Origin: Candidatus Micrarchaeia archaeon
GTDB lineage: Archaea > Micrarchaeota > Micrarchaeia > Anstonellales > Bilamarchaeaceae
DNA length: 61,195 nucleotides
Direction of reading: 5' to 3'
NCBI GenBank assembly: GCA_046538155.1
Contig: JBKHJL010000002.1
Location: 1 to 61,195 of the forward strand
The notes beneath the pieces were generated by a model, which had not been told where the DNA came from, made no database searches, and was given only the letters and a program-made list of their open reading frames with translations. How positions within the stretch are numbered: the stretch's first letter is position 1; each line of letters opens with the position of its first letter. Both the position numbers and the translations under genes were made by a program. Below are positions 9,207 through 18,237 of the stretch, in pieces.

Positions 9207-10423
9207 TGAAGTTCACTGATGTCCTTGGCTACAGCATTGAAAACATGCGCAGGAAAAAGCTGCGCTCCTACCTCACAATCTTAGGCATAATTCTTGGAAT
9301 CGCCACAATCGTAATTCTTGTTTCAGTTGGGGAAGGAGTCCGAAAGGACATAAACGACCAGCTGGAGATGTTCGGGGCAGACATGATTACAATAATGCCC
9401 TACAGCATAGAAGATGCCGCAGGCTCCTTCGGTCCCGGAATGTCCTCATCCGGTAAGCTTTTTGAAAAGGACCTTAATTATGTTGAGCGCGTCCCCGGGA
9501 TAGAGGATGTAGGATATGGAACATTCGGAAGGGCAAGCCTCAGGTTCAAGGACGAGGAGATTGCTGCAGTGATTTTTGCAGCAACTCCAAACCTGCTTCC
9601 CATGTATGAAGACCAGTTTGGGATAGAGGAGGGCAGGTATATCCAGAAAGGGGAAGAGCACGTTGTTTTCCTGATGAACGATGCGGCAAATGAGCTTTTC
9701 GGAAAAGAGAAAATCAAGGTAAATAATTACTTGTACATAAATGAACAGAGATACAGGGTAGTGGGGATAGCGGAAAAGATAGGCACTTCCATGTCCCAGC
9801 AGGATGATTCTGCCATCTATATCCCATATGAAAGCAGCGATGAGGTTTTTGGGGACACTATTGCAGAAGATGAACTCTCCTTTATTTTCATAAGGGCCCA
9901 GGAAGGCGTGGACACCGAAGTCATGGGAGAGAGGCTGGAGCAGCAGCTTGCCGCCTCCCACCGTGTATCTGTGGATGACAAAGATTTCAGCGTACTAACC
10001 GCAAAGTCCATCCAGGAAACAGTAAACCAGATTACAGACCTCCTTACAGGTTCTCTCTTCCTCATCGGCTTAATCTCTGCAGTAGTTGGGGGAATCGGTA
10101 TTGCAAACACAATGTTCATGAGTGTGCTTGAGCGCACCAAGGAAATCGGAATCCTGAAATCCATCGGCGCAACCTCCTGGCATGTTGTTGCATTGTTTGT
10201 AGTTGAGGCGGGAATTATAGGGGGGGTTGGCGGCCTTATTGGTCTTGCCCTCGGATTCCTTTTCATGCAAATCATTCCCTACTTCGGGATAATCCCCTAT
10301 CTTGCTCCTGAAATCGCAGTAGGGGTAGTTATTTTCGCAATGGCAACAGGAATGATTGCGGGCATAATTCCGGCCCGCAATGCTTCAAAAATACCTGCAA
10401 TAGAAGCTCTCCGATACGATTAG
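9203..10423 (+). CDS. ABC transporter permease, FtsX/MacB family (paralog of 7992-9206)
   Basis: Same architecture and motif as the upstream permease (GIANTMFMSVLERTKEIGILKSIGAT, C-terminal PARNASKIPAIEALRY). ATGA start/stop overlap with that gene. Confidence 0.85.
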   Translation: MMKFTDVLGYSIENMRRKKLRSYLTILGIILGIATIVILVSVGEGVRKDINDQLEMFGADMITIMPYSIEDAAGSFGPGMSSSGKLFEKDLNYVERVPGIEDVGYGTFGRASLRFKDEEIAAVIFAATPNLLPMYEDQFGIEEGRYIQKGEEHVVFLMNDAANELFGKEKIKVNNYLYINEQRYRVVGIAEKIGTSMSQQDDSAIYIPYESSDEVFGDTIAEDELSFIFIRAQEGVDTEVMGERLEQQLAASHRVSVDDKDFSVLTAKSIQETVNQITDLLTGSLFLIGLISAVVGGIGIANTMFMSVLERTKEIGILKSIGATSWHVVALFVVEAGIIGGVGGLIGLALGFLFMQIIPYFGIIPYLAPEIAVGVVIFAMATGMIAGIIPARNASKIPAIEALRYD

Positions 10424-10503
10424 CTCTCCAATCCCCCTCCTTCCCCTGCCAACCCCATCCTCCCCCAACCTACCTTTAAATCTCTTCAGTTGCCTATTTA
10501 TTC

Positions 10504-11640
10504 ATGGATGAGCTGAAGAAAACTTTTGTTGCAACCCTCTTTTTTGGGTTCATAGCCGGAGCTTTGGCTGTGTCCATGCCCCTTTTTCTTGATTCCCAGG
10601 GTTTCTCCCTTTCAGGGATCGGCTCAATTCTTGCAGCCGCTACTCTCATCGGAGGCTTAATAGGAATATATATAGGCGCCCACACGGATATTGCAGGAAG
10701 GAAAAAAATGCTCTCTGCCCTCACTTTCCTACAGGCAGGGGCAGCTATCCTCCTCGTATTTTTCAAGAATGCATTCTCTTACCTCACTGCAGAATCCGGG
10801 AGGAAGTTCAGCTCAAACACAAGATGGAGCCTGTTTATCTCCCGCCTCACTGACCTCACTTCCAGAAAAGAAAGGGGGAGGTACCTGGGCTATTTCACTG
10901 CTGCTTTCGGCCTCTCTTTTGCATTTGCCCATCTTGCCGCAGGATGGGTTTTCCAGCAGTTCGGGCCGGACCTCCTTTTTCTCCTTGTTTCCGCACTCTC
11001 TATTCTCATGGGGGTTTTCATCCTCACTTTCAAAGAGGCCCCTGCAAAAAGCACAGCTCCCAGGCCCCGCCTTTCCCTGGAACTCCTCAGGACCCGCAAC
11101 GGAATCGCCAATGCGATAGTTTCTTTCATGAACGGAAGCCAGCGGAGCATAATCTATGGGTTTGCAATCTACCTTTTCATGTCCCACACTTATTCCTTCA
11201 CTCCTGGGGAAATCGGCCTATATACTTCCATCTTCCTTGTTGTATGGGGGGTTTCCAGCTATTTCCTGGGAAAGCTGATTGATACAGGAGGCACCCTGAA
11301 AACCCTTCTCTCCGGCTCCGCAATAAATGCCTCAATCTGGGTTGCCGCAGCATTTTTCCAGCAGTGGGAAATTTTCTTTTTGCTCATGCTTTTTGAGAAT
11401 CTTATTTACCCCTTACATGGAGTATCCACAATAAAGATTTCCTCCATTCTCGCCCACCGTGAAAATACCGGCAGGGATATGCAGGTATTTGGGTATTTTG
11501 ACATTGTGGGCGCAATGTTCGGGGTATTCATCGCAGGCCTGCTTGCAGAGATATCTTTCTCATATGTCTTCCTTATGCGTGCAATCATGACGATTTCCTT
11601 GGCATTAGTTGCATACATTTTCATAACTCTGGAAGATTGA
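10504..11640 (+). CDS. MFS transporter
   Basis: About 10-12 predicted TM helices. The MFS loop motif GAHTDIAGRKKM lies after TM2. Confidence 0.7.
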   Translation: MDELKKTFVATLFFGFIAGALAVSMPLFLDSQGFSLSGIGSILAAATLIGGLIGIYIGAHTDIAGRKKMLSALTFLQAGAAILLVFFKNAFSYLTAESGRKFSSNTRWSLFISRLTDLTSRKERGRYLGYFTAAFGLSFAFAHLAAGWVFQQFGPDLLFLLVSALSILMGVFILTFKEAPAKSTAPRPRLSLELLRTRNGIANAIVSFMNGSQRSIIYGFAIYLFMSHTYSFTPGEIGLYTSIFLVVWGVSSYFLGKLIDTGGTLKTLLSGSAINASIWVAAAFFQQWEIFFLLMLFENLIYPLHGVSTIKISSILAHRENTGRDMQVFGYFDIVGAMFGVFIAGLLAEISFSYVFLMRAIMTISLALVAYIFITLED

Positions 11641-11735
11641 GCAGCATGCAATTCTGGGAATTCAGTGGCCAGGCTGCACTTCTGGCGCAACTTTAAATTT
11701 CTTCTCCTCCAAATCCTTTTCAAGGTGAGTTTTTC

Positions 11736-12839
11736 ATGTACCAGGTTGATGAGATTGGCCCAGAGCGGGTGTTTGAAGTTTATGACCAGAAAACAGGAAT
11801 GCACGGAGTTGCGGTGATTGACAATACTGCCCGCGGCCTTGGAAAAGGTGGAATCAGGATGGTAAAGGATCTTGCTACTTCAGAGGTAATGGGCCTTGCA
11901 CGTGCGATGACCTGGAAAAATGCAATGGCGGATATTCCTTTTGGGGGTGCAAAAAGCGGAATCCGTGCAGACCCCCGGGCAATTACTCCCGGACAAAAGG
12001 AGGCAATAGTCCGCTCCTTCGCAAGGAAGCTTGCCGAACTCATGCCCGAACAGTATATTGCTGGTCCGGACATGAACATGACCGAGCGGGAAATGGCATA
12101 TATTGCGGATGAGCTCCAGGACCCAATGGCGACTACTGGAAAGCCTACCCAGATGGGCGGGCTCCCGCACGAGCTCGGTTCCACCGGATACGGAGTGGCC
12201 CTCTGCACAAAGGTTGCAATTGAATTCAAAGGCGAATCCCTTGAAGGAAAGACAGTAGCAATTGAAGGATATGGAAACGTGGGCACGTTTGCCCATCAGT
12301 TTTTGGAGGAATGGGGCGCAAAAGTTGTAGCGGCATCAGATTCAAAAGGTACAATTTACAATCCAGAAGGCCTTAAGCACGAGGAGCTCATGAAAACCAA
12401 GCAGGGGCAGGGCACAGTAATTGCCCACCAGGGTGAAAAGAAAGAGGGGAAGGACCTCTTTGAACTGGATGTGGACATTCTTGTTCCAGGCGCCCGCCCT
12501 GATGTAATCACCCCGGAAAACGTGGAAAACGTAAAAGCCGGATATGTTGCAGAGGCAGCAAACCTTCCTATAAAGTATGAGGTTGAGCAGGTCCTGATGA
12601 AAAAGGGTGTGGTTGTGCTCCCGGATTTTGTTGCAAATGCAGGGGGAGTAATTTCATCCTACTGCGAAACAATGGGCTGGAACCCGGACACCATGTTCAA
12701 GACAGTAACGGACAAAATTACCGCAAACACAAAAGTAATGATGGAGCGCGCCCAGGAAGACAATGACACACGAAAGGCAGCAAAGGGCGTTGCAATGGAG
12801 CGTGTAGAGGAAGCAATGGACTTCCGCGGCTGGAAATAG
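11736..12839 (+). CDS. Glu/Leu/Phe/Val dehydrogenase family protein (short glutamate/leucine dehydrogenase-like)
   Basis: Catalytic-region motifs GLGKGGIRM and IPFGGAKSGI are present, with the NAD(P) fold GYGNVG. An AAGGTGA Shine-Dalgarno lies about 8 nt upstream. Confidence 0.85.
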   Translation: MYQVDEIGPERVFEVYDQKTGMHGVAVIDNTARGLGKGGIRMVKDLATSEVMGLARAMTWKNAMADIPFGGAKSGIRADPRAITPGQKEAIVRSFARKLAELMPEQYIAGPDMNMTEREMAYIADELQDPMATTGKPTQMGGLPHELGSTGYGVALCTKVAIEFKGESLEGKTVAIEGYGNVGTFAHQFLEEWGAKVVAASDSKGTIYNPEGLKHEELMKTKQGQGTVIAHQGEKKEGKDLFELDVDILVPGARPDVITPENVENVKAGYVAEAANLPIKYEVEQVLMKKGVVVLPDFVANAGGVISSYCETMGWNPDTMFKTVTDKITANTKVMMERAQEDNDTRKAAKGVAMERVEEAMDFRGWK

Positions 12840-12854
12840 TTCAAATCCAGGGCT

Positions 12855-13208
12855 TCATTTTCTTTTCTCTTTTTCTTCTTTCCATTTTATTTTTCCTGCC
12901 TCCACTATCTGTTCCCCCACCCATTTTGCCTTGAACACACCTCTTTTTGGCACGCTCAGCACATCATTCAGGAAAATTGTGGATTTTCTGTGGTGGTGGA
13001 ATCCATATGCAATAAAAACAAGGGAAACTGCAATTGTTGCGTATCCGATATACATGAATGCACTGCCCGGAAGGAAGTATCCAATAAAAAAGACGCCTCC
13101 CAGAAGCAGACTGAAACCTGTGCGTATGTATGCAAGGTCTGTGCGCTCTTCCGCAAGCCTTGTTCTCTCTATTGCTAAGCGTTCTTTGGTCTCCTGATTC
13201 ATCTCCAT
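12855..13208 (-). CDS. DUF202/YidH-family small membrane protein
   Basis: ERLAIERTRLAEERTDLAYIRTGFSLL followed by two further TM helices is the DUF202 pattern. Confidence 0.65.
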   Translation of the reverse strand: MEMNQETKERLAIERTRLAEERTDLAYIRTGFSLLLGGVFFIGYFLPGSAFMYIGYATIAVSLVFIAYGFHHHRKSTIFLNDVLSVPKRGVFKAKWVGEQIVEAGKIKWKEEKEKRK

Positions 13209-13362
13209 ACTACTCCTATTCCTGAAAACAATATAAGCATTAAGGCTCTCTCAGGTGGTTTCCCCCTGTTCTGGTACGGAGGGAACTGCCCGAATCAAAA
13301 CCCATATCATTATAAAGGAGGGGTGTTCTTTGTATTCCAAACTACTCATGTGGTGAGCAGAT

Positions 13363-14487
13363 ATGACAGATAAGGAAGAGCCCAAAAAAACTCAGGGTTC
13401 CTCCGGCTCTTCGGAAGGGTTCGGAGAGAACAAGATATGGTTGGTTGGTCTTTTTGGCCTTATTGTGGGTATGCTCGTAATGTACCTTGCGATGCCCGCT
13501 ATACTGCCTGCGGAGGAGACCCCCCCAACCGAAGTTCCTCCTGCTGAAGGGGAGGAAGGAGAATTCACGCCTGATGAAGGAAAGATAGAGGAGATAAGGC
13601 AGCTCCTTGCAGATACTTACCTCCTGAATACAGGGCAGGAAGTAACTGTAACTTTCACGAGATATGAAGAGGCTGACAGCCATGTGGCCCTCTATTATGA
13701 TGTGATGGGCCAGGAGATGCCCCTGTATGTTTCAAAGAACTACAAGTACATCTATCCGAGTGCGATGGATGTTTCCACTATGGAAGAGGAGGTTGCCGCG
13801 GCTAAGGAGCAGTACCTTGCAAACCTTTCCGCCCAGCCCGAAGAACCAGAGGGGTTCCCAACATCAGCTGAACCAGAGGTTTATCTTTTCCTGATGAGCA
13901 ATTGCCCTTACGGAAACCTTGCAGAGAATGCAATTGTGGATGTAGTGGGCCTGCTTGAGGGAAATGTTTCCTTTGAGCCCGTTTATATCATATATGATGA
14001 ATCGGTCCACCCTTCTTACAGTGCAGACAGTGGTGAATGCCTTGTTGATGAAAACAACGAAACTTACTGTTCAATGCACGGGCTGTACGAGCTTGAGCAG
14101 GGTATAAGGGAGAAGATGATTTACAACAGGTATGGCGAGGCAACCTGGGCAGAGTACGCAACTGCAGTTAATTCCGAGTGTTTTGATACAGGAAAAGATA
14201 TTGAAACCTGCTGGAAGACTGTTGCAGAAGCACAGGGAATCAACACAACAGAGATTGAAGAGAGCTTTGATTCAGAGAAATACACCATACTGGAAAGGGA
14301 AAAGCAGATTACTTTCAGTACCCAGAACTTCGGCTCCCCATCTATGATCATAAACGGGGTGAAGTATTCTGGCCCGAGGAGCCCGGAGGCTTACAAGGAA
14401 GCAATCTGCAGCTCTTTTACAGAATCTCCCGAAGAATGCTTTTCTGAGCTTTCAGATGAGCAGGAAGGGCCGGCTGGGCAGTGCTGA
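13363..14487 (+). CDS. membrane-anchored thioredoxin-fold (DsbA-like) protein with CPYG in place of CxxC
   Basis: A single N-terminal TM is followed by a P/E-rich linker. The thioredoxin-like stretch VYLFLMSNCPYGNLAEN and a C-terminal SPSMIINGVKY resemble DsbA-type folds. Confidence 0.45.
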   Translation: MTDKEEPKKTQGSSGSSEGFGENKIWLVGLFGLIVGMLVMYLAMPAILPAEETPPTEVPPAEGEEGEFTPDEGKIEEIRQLLADTYLLNTGQEVTVTFTRYEEADSHVALYYDVMGQEMPLYVSKNYKYIYPSAMDVSTMEEEVAAAKEQYLANLSAQPEEPEGFPTSAEPEVYLFLMSNCPYGNLAENAIVDVVGLLEGNVSFEPVYIIYDESVHPSYSADSGECLVDENNETYCSMHGLYELEQGIREKMIYNRYGEATWAEYATAVNSECFDTGKDIETCWKTVAEAQGINTTEIEESFDSEKYTILEREKQITFSTQNFGSPSMIINGVKYSGPRSPEAYKEAICSSFTESPEECFSELSDEQEGPAGQC

Positions 14488-14512
14488 AGAACAACCCCTT
14501 TTTTTTCTATTT

Positions 14513-15136
14513 TTATATTCTTATTATTCTCCGCATTATCAGAAATGCATTCATCCAGCACAGCGGAAGCCAGAGGGGCACCCCGAACATTGCAACAGGG
14601 TACTGCCAGTTGCCTGCCCATATTGAAATCCCCTCCATTGCCGTCCCCAGGATTGCTGCAGCAATCCCTGCATTTATTTCCAGGGGGCTGTATAACCCGA
14701 ATCTGAATGCTCCCAGGGTAAACGCGGAAAACAGGAACAGGGTAATTCCCTCATCAGAGGAGGCAAGCGCTGCAAGCATGGTGCCTGCAAAAGCCAGAAG
14801 GAGAGCTTTCCAGGAGAAGTATGCGGGGGCATTTTTTGCGAAACTCTCTTCCAGCAACAACACTGTGAATCCCCAACCGAGCGGAAGCCACAGTGGAGTG
14901 AAAAGGAATCCCGCGTTTGTATACCCCCATCCCCCCAGCCACACCGCGATGTTTTCACATGCCCCCCCAACAGCTACCGCAACAAGGAATTTTTTCAGGT
15001 TCTTCCAGCGGTCCATTTCAAGGGCAGCGATGCACCCTATTGCAACCACGGCCGTAAGCACTATCTCATCCTGGTAAAGGAATGCAATAAACAGTGAACC
15101 AATGGCAAAGAACAGCAGCGCATGCAATGATTTCAT
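14513..15136 (-). CDS. integral membrane protein with internal two-fold repeat
   Basis: ENIAVWLGGWGYTNAGFLFTPLWLPLGWGF and EGISIWAGNWQYPVAMFGVPLWLPLCWMNAF are clear internal repeats. About 6 TM helices. Confidence 0.6.
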   Translation of the reverse strand: MKSLHALLFFAIGSLFIAFLYQDEIVLTAVVAIGCIAALEMDRWKNLKKFLVAVAVGGACENIAVWLGGWGYTNAGFLFTPLWLPLGWGFTVLLLEESFAKNAPAYFSWKALLLAFAGTMLAALASSDEGITLFLFSAFTLGAFRFGLYSPLEINAGIAAAILGTAMEGISIWAGNWQYPVAMFGVPLWLPLCWMNAFLIMRRIIRI

Positions 15137-15147
15137 TTCTCATTCCC

Positions 15148-17313
15148 TCAGGATACTCTCCCACTACTTACTTTTTTAGTTTTAATTTCCTTCCCTCCTG
15201 CAACAAGTTTCTTCCCGTCTGCAAAAACCCTGTGTCCTTCAACCTCGAACCGGACCTTTGAAAAGTTCTTGAACTTAATCTCTTTTTTGGGGATGCTCTC
15301 TACTCCTTCAGCAAGGATTTTTTCACCCGGTTCCACCCCCGGGTCAATAACTTCCAGCCCCTCTTTCCCCTCAGCTGCAAGAAGCATTCCCCGGGATTCC
15401 ACTCCCCGCAGTTTTGCGGGTGCAAGGTTCTTTACAATTATTACTCCCGTTCCCTCCAGTTTTCCCTTTTCCAGATAAGGGGCAAGACCTGAAACAATCT
15501 GTCTTTCCTCGCCGTTTCCCATCTCCACCCTTTCTATATAAAGCTTGTCTGCATCAGGGTGTTTTTCCACAGAAATAATTTTGCCTGCCTCCAGGTCCAG
15601 GGAAGAGAATGACGACTCCTCTGTTTTCCCCGAGTATTTTTCCCGAAGTTTCTCCGCAGTTTCCTTTTCCATTTTTTGAAAGAGGATTTTTACCTCCCCC
15701 AGTTTTGCCCCCGCTTCCAAATCTGTTTTCCCGGCACTTTCCCAATGCGGGGGGGAAATGCCCAGCTGCGAGAAAATCACATCAGAAGTCTGGGGCAGGT
15801 AAGGGCTGCAGAGCAGCCCCAGGTCCTTTGCCTGGTTTGCAAGAACGTAAAGCACAACCCCCGCTCTTTCCTTATCGGATTTGACGAGTTCCCATGGTTT
15901 GTTTTCCTGGAAGTACCTGTTTGCGTTTTTGCTGAATTCCAGCACCTTCTCCAGCCCTTCTTTTATTTTGGCCTCATCAAGAAGAGAACCATATTTTTCA
16001 ATAACCTGTTTCTGCTTTTCCAGAAATTCCTCATCTTCCCGGGATAATTCTCCATACGGCAGTTCGCCTCCAAAGTTATTTTTTATAAAAACCATTGTCC
16101 TGTTGATGAGGTTGCCGATGTTTGCAATGAGTTCGTTGTTGGTTTTTTCCCTGAAATCTTCCCAGGAGAAGTTGGTGTCCGCGTGCTCCGGCCGGTTCCT
16201 GAGCAGGTAATACCTCCATACATCCGCGGGTACCCCTGATTCAACCGCCCCGTTGCCGAATACCCCCACATTCCTGGATTTGGAGAATTTTCCGCCCTCA
16301 TAATTGAGGAATTCTGTTGTGCTTATGTGGTATAGCATTGTCCAGTCCTGCCTGGTTCCCAGCAGGGTTGAGGGGAACACAACAGTGTGGAACGGCACAT
16401 TGTCTTTTCCCATGAACTGGTAGAGGGCGACTTTTTCCGGAGCCTTCCACCAATTCTCCCATTCATTGGTATAGTTTGCAGTGATTGAAAGATACCCTAT
16501 TGGCGCATCAAACCAAACATAGAATACTTTGCCTTCGTAACCCTCAAGCGGAACAGGGACACCCCATTTAAGGTCCCGGGTAATCGACCGCTTCCGCAGT
16601 CCCTCTTCAAGCCACCCCTTCACGATGCCCATGGCATTCTCACTCCAGGCACCTTCATCCGAAGCAGTTTCAATCCAGTTCCTGAGCTCTGGTTCTATTT
16701 TAGGGAGGTCAAGGAAGAGGTGCTTTGTTCTTTTTTCAACAGGCGTGCTTTTTGTTATTTTGCTGACTGGCCCAATCAGTTCCCCCGGAGTAAGCACCTT
16801 TCCGCACCCATCACACTGGTCACCCCTTGCCCCTTCGTATCCGCAGTGCGGGCAGGTCCCTTCTACATACCTGTCTGCGAGGAACATCTCTGCTTCTTCA
16901 TCATAAAGCTGTTCAACCTCTTCTTCTTTTATAAACCCGTTTTCATATAGTTTGAGGAATATTTCCTGGACGATTTTTGTGTGCTCCGGGGTGGAGGTTC
17001 TGCCAAAATAGTCAAAGGAGATTCCGAACCATTCGTAAACATCTGCATGGATTTTTCTGTATTTGCTGCATATTTCCTCGGGAATGAGTCCTTCTTCTCT
17101 TGCTTTTATTTCAGTAGCGGTCCCGTATTCATCTGTTCCGCAGATGTAGAGGGTTTCGTATCTTCTGAGCCTGCAGTACCTTGCAAAAACATCTGCGCTC
17201 AGCACGCACCCCACGATGTTTCCAAGATGAGGTACGTTGTTTACATAAGGAAGCGCAGATGTAATCAGTATTCTTTTCCCCTGCGGGATTCTGCCTTTCC
17301 TGATTTGAATCAC
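15148..17313 (-). CDS. metG: methionyl-tRNA synthetase with C-terminal tRNA-binding (Trbp111/EMAP-like) domain
   Basis: HIGH-type motif PYVNNVPHLGN, zinc knuckle CPHCG...CDGCG, KMSKS-type KFSKS. C-terminal OB-fold sequence KIISVEKHPDADKLYIERVEMG. GTG start with a TATA-like tatttaaaat about 30 nt upstream. Confidence 0.95.
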   Translation of the reverse strand: MIQIRKGRIPQGKRILITSALPYVNNVPHLGNIVGCVLSADVFARYCRLRRYETLYICGTDEYGTATEIKAREEGLIPEEICSKYRKIHADVYEWFGISFDYFGRTSTPEHTKIVQEIFLKLYENGFIKEEEVEQLYDEEAEMFLADRYVEGTCPHCGYEGARGDQCDGCGKVLTPGELIGPVSKITKSTPVEKRTKHLFLDLPKIEPELRNWIETASDEGAWSENAMGIVKGWLEEGLRKRSITRDLKWGVPVPLEGYEGKVFYVWFDAPIGYLSITANYTNEWENWWKAPEKVALYQFMGKDNVPFHTVVFPSTLLGTRQDWTMLYHISTTEFLNYEGGKFSKSRNVGVFGNGAVESGVPADVWRYYLLRNRPEHADTNFSWEDFREKTNNELIANIGNLINRTMVFIKNNFGGELPYGELSREDEEFLEKQKQVIEKYGSLLDEAKIKEGLEKVLEFSKNANRYFQENKPWELVKSDKERAGVVLYVLANQAKDLGLLCSPYLPQTSDVIFSQLGISPPHWESAGKTDLEAGAKLGEVKILFQKMEKETAEKLREKYSGKTEESSFSSLDLEAGKIISVEKHPDADKLYIERVEMGNGEERQIVSGLAPYLEKGKLEGTGVIIVKNLAPAKLRGVESRGMLLAAEGKEGLEVIDPGVEPGEKILAEGVESIPKKEIKFKNFSKVRFEVEGHRVFADGKKLVAGGKEIKTKKVSSGRVS

Positions 17314-17367
17314 CCTGAATAATTGCAGAACAAGATTTTAAATAAGGAACAGAAGAAGGGAAAAAAC

Positions 17368-17751
17368 CTACTTTAGGAGGACTCCGTTCACAACGCCGTC
17401 CTGCCCAACTCTGTTGGTGACTTTAACTTTTCCGAGCGGGGTGCTTAGAACCGCGCCCTTTGTAATTATGTTCTGGCGGGCATAGTGCGGATTATGGCTT
17501 TCAATTACTCCCTCAATTTTTGTTTTCTGCACTTTTCCCTCAGCAACTACATTTATGTGTGCAGCCCTTTTGAGCTTCGGCCGGGTGGTTCCGCCCCTTT
17601 TTCTTATCGCGTCTCTGCGGGACTCATCCCCGGCTTTGGTTGCGGTGAATATCCCTCCGATGTGGGCAAGCTTCTTGTCTCTGTACCTGCCTCTCCTGCC
17701 CCCGCTTCCGGATGAAACCTTTTTTTTGCGTCCTTCGTGGTATTCTTCCAT
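17368..17751 (-). CDS. rps8e: 30S ribosomal protein S8e
   Basis: GRKKKVSSGSGGRR...RGGTTRPKLKRA...NPHYARQNIITKGAVL matches S8e. The ORF track extends to 17853. I prefer ATG 17751 because of the GGTG Shine-Dalgarno upstream and because it gives the expected size of about 128 aa. Confidence 0.85.
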   Translation of the reverse strand: MEEYHEGRKKKVSSGSGGRRGRYRDKKLAHIGGIFTATKAGDESRRDAIRKRGGTTRPKLKRAAHINVVAEGKVQKTKIEGVIESHNPHYARQNIITKGAVLSTPLGKVKVTNRVGQDGVVNGVLLK

Positions 17752-17834
17752 TAAATATACACCTTTGTAGAAGTAATGTAAGTTGATTTTATAGAATAGT
17801 AATGTTTTAATACCTGCCCCCTCCCAATCCTCCC

Positions 17835-18233
17835 ATGCTTCTGCTGAGGGCACACTCCCCTCTTCCTAAACAAGAGCTCCTGCGGCTTGCGGAGGAGAGG
17901 GGCGCACTGCTTCTGAACCCGGAAAAGCTGAATTCTGAAGAGGAGTTCCTGCTTTCCGAAAGGCTTGCGGAGGATTCAATAAGGGAAAAAAGGAATATCG
18001 CAAGAAAAAAGGAGAAGGAGTTCCTGCTCTGGCTTTCTGCAGCAAAAGACATATCATCTGCCTTTGAAAAATATTCTTTCCACACCAATGAGGATTTCTT
18101 TTTTGTTTGTTTTTCCGGGAAAAAGAAGGAACTCCGCAGGGATTTCAGGCTGGAGGAAAAACCCCTGGACCTCAGGAAAAGGGCGACTCCTATGGAAGTG
18201 GAGCACATTTCCCTTTCCAGGATAAAAAAATAA
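17835..18233 (+). CDS. small protein, possible Cgi121 (KEOPS subunit)-like
   Basis: The pattern LLLNPEKLNSEEEFLLSERLA ... EFLLWLSAAKDISSAFEKYSF ... C-terminal EVEHISLSRIKK resembles archaeal Cgi121 as I recall it (ILNA..v....h...A ; EILvraSG.rQI.eAi ; lalielkk). The competing antisense ORF 17807..18208 is low-complexity. Confidence 0.4.
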   Translation: MLLLRAHSPLPKQELLRLAEERGALLLNPEKLNSEEEFLLSERLAEDSIREKRNIARKKEKEFLLWLSAAKDISSAFEKYSFHTNEDFFFVCFSGKKKELRRDFRLEEKPLDLRKRATPMEVEHISLSRIKK

Positions 18234-18237
18234 TCAA

